The notes under the pieces are model-generated. The model was given only the letters and a program-made list of their open reading frames with translations. It searched no databases and had not been told where the DNA came from. Shown in pieces: positions 57,795-64,000 of a stretch of 64,000 nucleotides of DNA; positions within the stretch are counted from its first letter, which is position 1; the number at the start of each line of letters is the position of its first letter. Both the position numbers and the translations under genes were made by a program. The DNA lies in the sequence record MK962753.1, one strand, 5' to 3'. Source of the DNA: Shigella phage JK32.

Positions 57795-58208
57795 TTACAT
57801 AGATTCCGTAAAGGTACGGGTGATGATATCAAGTTGTTGTTCGCGTGTCAAGGCGTTGAATCGGGTAGCATAACCACTGATTCTAATAGTCAGTTGTGGG
57901 TATTTTTCAGGATTTTCTAACGCATCAAGAAGAGTTTCCCGACGCAGCACGTTCGCGTTGAGATGATGACCAGCGTTACTATTTACCCCGTTATCAATTG
58001 CTACAGGACGGAAGCTAGTTGTGTGTAGTGCCAGCGAATCGACGTCTTCTGCGGTGATCACATGGTCTTCTGCGAAAGTTTTACTAACAATTACTTTAGC
58101 GCCGATCAGTGCTTTCGGTTCGGATACCAGAATCATAGGCGCGAAATGTCCACCGATAATAGTACCTTTATGCTCACCTTTCATGATTTGAATTGCTTTA
58201 AATTCCAT
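57795..58208 (-). CDS. autonomous glycyl radical cofactor-like protein (GrcA/YfiD-like)
   Basis: C-terminal [12 protein letters not shown]...[33 protein letters not shown] closely resembles E. coli GrcA and the glycyl-radical RVSGY motif. Confidence 0.65.
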   Translation of the reverse strand: MEFKAIQIMKGEHKGTIIGGHFAPMILVSEPKALIGAKVIVSKTFAEDHVITAEDVDSLALHTTSFRPVAIDNGVNSNAGHHLNANVLRRETLLDALENPEKYPQLTIRISGYATRFNALTREQQLDIITRTFTESM

Positions 58209-58343
58209 AATTCACCTCTTATAGATCAGGACGTTCGTCATTAACTTTTCCAACCAAAACCCCATAGAGTTTATCAGGTTGGACTTTACGATTCTTATTG
58301 ATTGTAGCACGGAATCGACGAGCTACGCTATCTTTATTTTTCA

Positions 58344-58835
58344 TTAGTTGATACCTAAGCCAATGAAAATAGGTTGGTCTTCTACATTACCCATTCCAAC
58401 ACTACGTCGATTTAACTCTAAAAACTGCAATACGCTGTCAGTAAATCCGCGCATGGTAGTATCTAGGATAAAGATTGTTTTGTCAAGCCGACGACCTCGC
58501 CATGTAATCGGATTCAGGAAAGTTCGGATCGACGTACAATCTACATTTGAAATATTGACATTTTCACCACGACCGCGATCTCGGATCGTTTTGACATGTT
58601 CCCGCGTTGTCGAAACGATAAAGACACTATAGCCTTTTCGCGTATAATGGTCATATAACTTGATTGTAGCGTCTGTATGCCCTGTTTGACGCCCTAAATT
58701 GATTGAGACGATGGAATCTAGGTCATCAGCAAAATTGCGTCGCTTACGGCGTTCTATGATGCCATCTACGGCAGAAACACATGCAGCATAAATCAAATCT
58801 TTACTTTCTAATTTTACATCAATATTCATTGTCAA
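58344..58835 (-). CDS. hypothetical protein
   Basis: 163-aa ORF. Confidence 0.4.
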   Translation of the reverse strand: MTMNIDVKLESKDLIYAACVSAVDGIIERRKRRNFADDLDSIVSINLGRQTGHTDATIKLYDHYTRKGYSVFIVSTTREHVKTIRDRGRGENVNISNVDCTSIRTFLNPITWRGRRLDKTIFILDTTMRGFTDSVLQFLELNRRSVGMGNVEDQPIFIGLGIN

Positions 58836-58891
58836 GTCTCCAGTGAACGGGGAGAGATCCTTAGATTGTCTCCCCGTTGATGGTTAATATT

Positions 58892-59467
58892 TTATTTTGG
58901 ATCTGGGAAATTCAATAGAGCATATTCTCCATAAAATTTCCTAGCTGCATTATCATAAGCGATTGCAGCTTCGATTTCTGTGTCATATTGTCCAAGAACA
59001 TGTCTTTGTAGGTTGACCATTATACTAGCTCTCCATTTCTTACGCAAATCCTTCCTGTTACACTTACTAACACCCTTATACACACTAGAAAACTTTTTAG
59101 ACTTCTTCTTTCTATTATGTTGATTTTGCGCGTCGGTTGCCTCCCTAAGATTTGGAGGATTGTTATTAGCAGGATTACCGTCAATATGATCAATTAATCT
59201 AACTTGCGTCCCATGTTCTAGAAACCAAACAACCCTATGCACGAATAGATGAACTCTAGGAAGACCGTCATCTCTACTATGCCAAAATCTAAGATGACCA
59301 TCTTTATTTGTTCTGACTTTAACTAAATCGCCGTGTTTATATCTACTCCCTAATGGTCGTCCTTTGATAGCTTTACTATCGACTCTATAATATAAGATAC
59401 CCTCTATATGAGCATATCTAAGTTTTATCTCGTTTTGTAGGGATTCATCCCAATATTTAAAGGTCAT
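58892..59467 (-). CDS. free-standing HNH endonuclease with AP2-type domain (paralog of 28242-28796)
   Basis: HRVVWFLEHGTQ...IDHIDGNPANN and YKGVS...WRASI segments. Confidence 0.65.
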   Translation of the reverse strand: MTFKYWDESLQNEIKLRYAHIEGILYYRVDSKAIKGRPLGSRYKHGDLVKVRTNKDGHLRFWHSRDDGLPRVHLFVHRVVWFLEHGTQVRLIDHIDGNPANNNPPNLREATDAQNQHNRKKKSKKFSSVYKGVSKCNRKDLRKKWRASIMVNLQRHVLGQYDTEIEAAIAYDNAARKFYGEYALLNFPDPK

Positions 59468-59512
59468 TTTATAATCCTCACAAAGCCAGCGATTAAGCTG
59501 GCTTTATTTTAG

Positions 59513-59902
59513 TTATACCGGGTCTGGATATACCTTTTTATCGAGTTCCATATGCGGTCCGTCTTTAAAAGTAACCCAATCAACACCGCAGATAACAGGA
59601 ACACCCAATTCTCGACCAGCTTGTTTAAATGCATCAGCGATCATGCGGTAATATTTCATGTTCCATGTATCCTTATCTTTAGGATACGCTACAACGTCAA
59701 CCGCGAAACCGTGAAGATGACGAGATTTCATAGTCTTAGATTTACCTTCCGCAACATATTTCTTTTGCGTTTCTAGACTACGCACACCTTCCGTAATACC
59801 AAAATCGACCGGAGTCAGTTCTAATGCACGATGAACGACTTTTACTAGGTCTGGATGTACACCAACAAGCCGATCTTTGCTTCTTTGAGATAATTTAAAC
59901 AT
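59513..59902 (-). CDS. endolysin, peptidase M15-type (L-alanyl-D-glutamate peptidase-like)
   Basis: SRHLHGFAVDV and DGPHMEL zinc-binding motifs; 129 aa. Confidence 0.7.
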   Translation of the reverse strand: MFKLSQRSKDRLVGVHPDLVKVVHRALELTPVDFGITEGVRSLETQKKYVAEGKSKTMKSRHLHGFAVDVVAYPKDKDTWNMKYYRMIADAFKQAGRELGVPVICGVDWVTFKDGPHMELDKKVYPDPV

Positions 59903-59930
59903 TATTCACCCCCTTTGTGAGTGATAATAT

Positions 59931-60122
59931 TTAGATTCCGGTGATCCTGCATAGAGTTCTTGTATTAGCACCAATCAGGATCGCATTAACGACAACCATT
60001 CCCCAATCAACCCACTGATTATTATAAATGCTAAACCCGTTTGCAAGACCAAATACAAGCATTCCGGTACACATACTCAGAGCAATAATCAACATCACGG
60101 TAAAACCAAATGCAAATCTCAT
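59931..60122 (-). CDS. small membrane protein (lysis-cluster candidate)
   Basis: 63-aa hydrophobic ORF upstream of endolysin. Confidence 0.4.
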   Translation of the reverse strand: MRFAFGFTVMLIIALSMCTGMLVFGLANGFSIYNNQWVDWGMVVVNAILIGANTRTLCRITGI

Positions 60123-60123
60123 A

Positions 60124-60339
60124 TTATTTTCCTTTTCTCTGTTTACGTTTATAAAAGTAATACATTACCTCATCGCGTCCGGTGATCCAACATGCTAGGG
60201 CAGTAAACAGGTTTACAATTCCCAACACACCTACGGATGCGGCGCTGTCAACAGACATAGGAACAGTAAAGGCCATAGCTAACATAGCAACGCCACAAAT
60301 GACATTAAGCACCATTATAATAAGACCGAAGAAAACCAT
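60124..60339 (-). CDS. small membrane protein (lysis-cluster candidate)
   Basis: Start set at MVFFGLII after GGGAGGA; ORF track extends to 60390. Confidence 0.4.
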   Translation of the reverse strand: MVFFGLIIMVLNVICGVAMLAMAFTVPMSVDSAASVGVLGIVNLFTALACWITGRDEVMYYFYKRKQRKGK

Positions 60340-60341
60340 TG

Positions 60342-60521
60342 TCAATCCTCCCAAATAAGAAAACCAACAATCACGCCAGTGATAAGACATGATGCACCAC
60401 TAATCAGACAACCCGCGCCAAGCGATTCCCACCAGATCAGGGAAGCGACAATAACACCGAATCCCCAGACTACCGCAATCACAACATAGGCAAAGATCGC
60501 CCAAAACATATATTTGTTCAT
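60342..60521 (-). CDS. small membrane protein (lysis-cluster candidate)
   Basis: Start set at MNKYMFW overlapping upstream stop (ATGA); ORF track extends to 60533. Confidence 0.35.
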   Translation of the reverse strand: MNKYMFWAIFAYVVIAVVWGFGVIVASLIWWESLGAGCLISGASCLITGVIVGFLIWED

Positions 60522-60706
60522 AATAAACCCCATTCACCAAACAAATAAGAAAAAAGCCATATCAACAGAAACGAGGCAATTGATCCGGCAAGCAAAATGA
60601 TATTAGAGAATCCGCTGTTTATCCAGTCGATCAAACAGAATACACCAGTATAGAAGCATAATCCCATTACAAAGCATACTATAAGCAACCATAGATAAAA
60701 CGCCAT
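60518..60706 (-). CDS. small membrane protein; its 5' end lies inside the tandem duplication
   Basis: 62-aa hydrophobic ORF. Confidence 0.4.
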   Translation of the reverse strand: MAFYLWLLIVCFVMGLCFYTGVFCLIDWINSGFSNIILLAGSIASFLLIWLFSYLFGEWGLL

Positions 60707-61122
60707 AGAAAGCCCTCTAGTGAGCTAATTTAGTGCGGGTAGTACATTACCCTACCCGCATTGTTAATCATCGCAGAGCGTGTTCTAGAACGATTCCACA
60801 CCAACCGCTAACCACACCCAAACACACAGCAACAAGCAGATTCATTCGGTCTTTTGAGCAAAATGATATTAGAGAATCCGCTGTTTATCCAGTCGATCAA
60901 ACAGAATACACCAGTATAGAAGCATAATCCCATTACAAAGCATACTATAAGCAACCATAGATAAAACGCCATAGAAAGCCCTCTAGTGAGCTAATTTAGT
61001 GCGGGTAGTACATTACCCTACCCGCATTGTTAATCATCGCAGAGCGTGTTCTAGAACGATTCCACACCAACCGCTAACCACACCCAAACACACAGCAACA
61101 AGCAGATTCATTCGGTCTTTTG
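60591..61122. repeat. perfect tandem direct duplication, 2 x 266 bp (60591-60856 and 60857-61122)
   Basis: Identical sequence read twice head-to-tail; also betrayed by identical plus-strand ORF prefixes at 60733 and 60999. Confidence 0.85.
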
Positions 61123-61194
61123 GAATCATCGCAAACAGAACAACACCCACACAGAAAGCCATCACCATTGAAGTTAACATTTGTTCAACCATTA

Positions 61195-61533
61195 TCACAC
61201 CTTTAAAGTCATAGACGCATAAACATTAATGCCAGGCCAGTTAGGATCGCAATTATACTCAACATCCCACAAATAAAGCGGTTTAGATGTATCAGCCAAG
61301 TTTTTAAAATCTTCTACCCACATTTCAATGCTATATGATGGATAAACTAGGCTGTCATATCCTCCGTAACGTTGGCCTACTGGTCGGTCAGTAAAAACTA
61401 CCTCAAGATCCGGTAATTCTTTTTCAAGGATAACCGCCAGCGCATAAATCAGACGGTCTTCCTTGTTACGCTGCCGAAGGACCGTTGTCAGTTGGTTTTT
61501 CTGGTTCACTAGCAAGCACCTCCACATTTTCAC
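61195..61533 (-). CDS. hypothetical protein
   Basis: 112-aa ORF. Confidence 0.35.
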   Translation of the reverse strand: MKMWRCLLVNQKNQLTTVLRQRNKEDRLIYALAVILEKELPDLEVVFTDRPVGQRYGGYDSLVYPSYSIEMWVEDFKNLADTSKPLYLWDVEYNCDPNWPGINVYASMTLKV

Positions 61534-61786
61534 AGAATGAAATTTTCACAGACACAATTTTACCATAAGTGAAGAATGAATATACATTATCGAGATATTC
61601 AACGTCACCTACAATCACATCAAACTGCGGATCAGCAACCGCCGCAACATATTCTACCAGTTCATCAAGAGAATGCAACTTAATTTCATCAATTCGGCTG
61701 TATTTGGTTGCATCTTTAATTTTAAAACCACGTTCTTTCAGTTTGTCAATCAGAATTTCACGCGGAGTTTCAAACAGTTTGCTCAT
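61466..61786 (-). CDS. hypothetical protein
   Basis: 106-aa ORF. Confidence 0.35.
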   Translation of the reverse strand: MSKLFETPREILIDKLKERGFKIKDATKYSRIDEIKLHSLDELVEYVAAVADPQFDVIVGDVEYLDNVYSFFTYGKIVSVKISFCENVEVLASEPEKPTDNGPSAA

Positions 61787-61807
61787 AATATAATCCTCAC
61801 ATTAAAT

Positions 61808-62008
61808 CTAAAATTTGTTAACGACGAATTGCATAATTAGACTAATCACAAACATTGCAAACCAAGTATAAATGCAACAGATAAAAGCTACATACAATTC
61901 AATCTGGTCAGAGAATACACCGGGTAAAAGCATTAGCAAAATAACAACAGTAAAGACGCTAGCGATACCCGCAACAAAACCAATATCATTTTTACTAATC
62001 GTCATCAA
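61808..62008 (-). CDS. small membrane protein
   Basis: 66-aa hydrophobic ORF. Confidence 0.35.
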   Translation of the reverse strand: MMTISKNDIGFVAGIASVFTVVILLMLLPGVFSDQIELYVAFICCIYTWFAMFVISLIMQFVVNKF

Positions 62009-62202
62009 GTCACCGTTTTGTAAAGAAACACAATAAAATCCAAGACAAGAAAGACAGTGTAAATGATCATCGTCAAGACAGTAAACACTGTCAGATTTTC
62101 ATCGTTAGTTAATTCATAGTCGCCCATCCATACAATAACAAGATATAGCATTGAAAGAATGGAAGCACCTACGAAGTTAAAAACATATTCTTGAGCGTCA
62201 TA

Positions 62203-62385
62203 TTAACAACCATCGCGGCTTAAGTCAACAGCAATTGCATACAGCATAATGAATATGCTAGCAGATCCGAGAATCAATGCACCCTCACATTTTGAAACTC
62301 GCTCATCAAAATGTAACATTATCCATCCGAGGATGTTAAAGGCGCAGACCGCGCCTATGTTCGCTAACCAATTAATCTTTTTCAT
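62203..62385 (-). CDS. small membrane protein
   Basis: 60-aa ORF. Confidence 0.3.
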   Translation of the reverse strand: MKKINWLANIGAVCAFNILGWIMLHFDERVSKCEGALILGSASIFIMLYAIAVDLSRDGC

Positions 62386-62393
62386 AATATACC

Positions 62394-62720
62394 TTAGAAA
62401 GAAACAGTTTTCAAGAAATCCAGATTTTTAGTACCGAAAACAGAAAAGTAGTGTTTTCCTTTTTCGGTTTTAGAGAAAGCGATTGTCTTCTCTACATGGT
62501 GACGGAAGCCAGACAGACGATCACCCAAGTCAAGGCGGCAAGCGTAAGTAGTGCCGTTTTCGAAAGTAACCTCGATTTGAGTTTTGTCATATTCGCTTTC
62601 ATAGGCTTTTGCTGCCGCGTCCTTTGCTTTACGCTCGAAGTCTTCGAAGTGGAATACTTCGTTTGCGTTAGCGAATACAGAAGATTCAGAGAAGATAACT
62701 TTAACAGATACTGGTTTCAT
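62394..62720 (-). CDS. hypothetical protein
   Basis: 108-aa ORF after promoter cassette. Confidence 0.4.
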   Translation of the reverse strand: MKPVSVKVIFSESSVFANANEVFHFEDFERKAKDAAAKAYESEYDKTQIEVTFENGTTYACRLDLGDRLSGFRHHVEKTIAFSKTEKGKHYFSVFGTKNLDFLKTVSF

Positions 62721-62762
62721 TTTGATACTCCTTAGTAGTTCGTGTTTCGTTTCGATGGGTGT

Positions 62763-62791
62763 ATTATGCTATACACCCTCTCGCGTGTCAA
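62763..62791 (-). promoter_or_regulatory. early sigma70-like promoter (minus TTGACA 62791-62786, CATAAT 62768-62763)
   Basis: Direct reading, 17-nt spacer. Confidence 0.5.
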
Positions 62792-62799
62792 CAACTTTT

Positions 62800-62988
62800 T
62801 TAGTCTTTTTTCATAATTTCTAGAGCAGTTTCTACCGCACCTTTCCAACCTTCCCACATAATGGACATAGTAATGAAGTTAAAGCACCCGCAGAAATCAA
62901 CCTTTTTAGAGATAAACCATTCTACAAACGCTTCGCTCATACCATGCTCTTTAGCGGATTCGCGTAATTGTTCAATTTGGTCTTCCAT
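62800..62988 (-). CDS. hypothetical protein
   Basis: 62-aa ORF. Confidence 0.35.
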   Translation of the reverse strand: MEDQIEQLRESAKEHGMSEAFVEWFISKKVDFCGCFNFITMSIMWEGWKGAVETALEIMKKD

Positions 62989-62997
62989 AGTATCACC

Positions 62998-63186
62998 TCA
63001 ACATTTAACGTTATTCAAACGATTTTGAAAGTACATATAGCAAGCATAATTTTGCTTTGGTTGTACCGTGTCAGATAGACACGCTTTTACAGCCTCGCGG
63101 TCCGATGGATCTACACCCTCAGCCTTAAGTAATGCTAAAATCTGGTTATAGCGTACTCTTAGTTGTACTAATGGTTTCTCTCCCAT
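62998..63186 (-). CDS. hypothetical protein
   Basis: Start set at MGEKPLV after AAGGGG; ORF track extends to 63249. Confidence 0.35.
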   Translation of the reverse strand: MGEKPLVQLRVRYNQILALLKAEGVDPSDREAVKACLSDTVQPKQNYACYMYFQNRLNNVKC

Positions 63187-63196
63187 ATTACACCCC

Positions 63197-63424
63197 TTAC
63201 AGTTGATCAGCGATGTATGCGGTGCAAGCGCGGAGTTTTGCCATAGCACCGCCTTTCATGTCACTAGCACCGACAATGTTCATGATCTCTAAGCGATCCG
63301 CTGGATTTAAGCGGGTAGCCCAGATCTGATTAGCCAGTTCCAGTTTACCCATTTGAGGTTCAATTTCTAACATTTCACGCTCAAAGTCGATGATTTCTTT
63401 TGCTGCTTCTTTAAAGTTGATCAT
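63197..63424 (-). CDS. hypothetical protein
   Basis: 75-aa ORF. Confidence 0.35.
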   Translation of the reverse strand: MINFKEAAKEIIDFEREMLEIEPQMGKLELANQIWATRLNPADRLEIMNIVGASDMKGGAMAKLRACTAYIADQL

Positions 63425-63453
63425 TTTGATTCTCCCGTTTCGTTGATGGTTGT

Positions 63454-63482
63454 ATTGTAGGGGAGTTATACTCCCCTGTCAA
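63454..63482 (-). promoter_or_regulatory. early sigma70-like promoter (minus TTGACA 63482-63477, TACAAT 63459-63454; hairpin GGGGAG/CTCCCC in spacer)
   Basis: Direct reading. Confidence 0.45.
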
Positions 63483-63491
63483 CACTTTTTA

Positions 63492-63677
63492 TCAGAAATA
63501 TGCGATATAGTTTGCCAGTCCTACAGAGTCATCATTCGGCATTGCTTTTACTGCTAGTTCAAACCCTGCTTCAACTTTCTGTTTAGCGGATTCTTCGTTA
63601 TAACCCCAGATTACCAGAATAGCTACTACGTTTTCTTTGCTTACTGCTTTCAGTGCTTTAGTGATGCGACGTGCCAT
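63492..63677 (-). CDS. hypothetical protein
   Basis: 61-aa ORF. Confidence 0.35.
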   Translation of the reverse strand: MARRITKALKAVSKENVVAILVIWGYNEESAKQKVEAGFELAVKAMPNDDSVGLANYIAYF

Positions 63678-63723
63678 AATTTGATTCTCCTAGTTAGAAA
63701 GTGTGTTTCGTTTCGATGGGGGT

Positions 63724-63752
63724 ATTATGCTATAGGCGTGATCTGGTGTCAA
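63724..63752 (-). promoter_or_regulatory. early sigma70-like promoter (minus TTGACA 63752-63747, CATAAT 63729-63724)
   Basis: Direct reading, 17-nt spacer. Confidence 0.5.
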
Positions 63753-63773
63753 CAACTTTTTTAAAAAAATTTA

Positions 63774-63805
63774 GGCAATAAAAAAAGCCACTCCGAAGAG
63801 TGGCT
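63774..63805 (-). terminator. strong rho-independent terminator (8-bp stem AGCCACTC/GAGTGGCT, UUCG loop, T7 run)
   Basis: Perfect GC-rich hairpin with tetraloop followed by TTTTTTT on minus strand. Confidence 0.7.
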
Positions 63806-63806
63806 T

Positions 63807-63955
63807 ATAGGGAAGGTAGCGAATCTTCCTTGTCTCCAACCTGCTAGCGGCCTAGCAAGTGAATGCTTTAGCGTACCGGGTCACCCCATACGCTGTAATA
63901 AATGCGGCTAGGTGACGTCCAAATCATTCTAACCGCGCTGTCTTTAGTTCACTAT
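63807..63955 (-). ncRNA. candidate small non-coding transcript between late promoter and terminator
   Basis: About 150 nt with no convincing ORF, bounded by TATAAATA and the strong terminator; internal hairpin TGCTAG/CTAGCA; no tRNA cloverleaf found. Confidence 0.25.
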
Positions 63956-63963
63956 TATTTATA
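63956..63963 (-). promoter_or_regulatory. late promoter consensus TATAAATA
   Basis: Exact TATAAATA on minus strand. Confidence 0.4.
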
Positions 63964-64000
63964 TCGCTTTCTCTCGCGACGTTTTTGATCTTCTTCCTTG

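Noticed and set aside
60591-61122. CRISPR-like array
   Set aside because: Only two long (266-bp) identical units with no spacers; it is a tandem duplication
60733-61214. Two plus-strand ORFs (60733-60927, 60999-61214) with identical 40-aa N-termini
   Set aside because: They are antisense to the minus-strand gene array and exist only because the 266-bp segment is duplicated; treated as an artefact of the repeat, not as genes
63807-63900. Possible tRNA gene just upstream of the strong terminator (GCCA near the 3' end)
   Set aside because: Could not form a 7-bp acceptor stem or canonical T-arm when folded by hand; left as a candidate ncRNA only

Overview
This 64-kb window reads as the early/replication region of a T4-like (T-even-type) myovirus, with essentially every gene on the minus strand. 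Gene order follows the T4 map: rIIA, a single-gene topoisomerase II large subunit (T4 genes 39+60 fused), dexA, dda, dCTPase (56), primase (61), helicase (41), uvsX, DNA polymerase (43), regA, clamp loader (62/44), clamp (45), 46/47 recombination nuclease, gp55 late sigma factor, nrdG/nrdD, endonuclease VII (49), nrdC-like glutaredoxin, Dam methylase, thymidine kinase and an M15-peptidase endolysin. All identifications are from reading the translated ORFs and the DNA by eye against remembered T4 proteins and motifs; no database search was run. The most notable feature is that gene 43 is interrupted inside its polymerase motif A by a ~1.1-kb sequence with group I intron hallmarks (P, Q, R, S core elements; U at -1; terminal G) that carries an HNH endonuclease ORF behind its own late-type promoter. 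Other points of interest are a perfect 2 x 266-bp tandem duplication next to the endolysin, reiterated promoter-plus-stem-loop cassettes in front of many small genes, a large paralogous gene family flanking nrdG/nrdD, a glycine-rich gp38-type adhesin-like gene far from any tail-fibre gene, five endonuclease genes (four HNH-type, one endonuclease VII-domain), an unassigned 489-aa P-loop protein where T4 has variable genes, and no hydroxymethylase or beta-glucosyltransferase between uvsX and gene 43. Small-ORF starts and regulatory coordinates are approximate (within a few nt).
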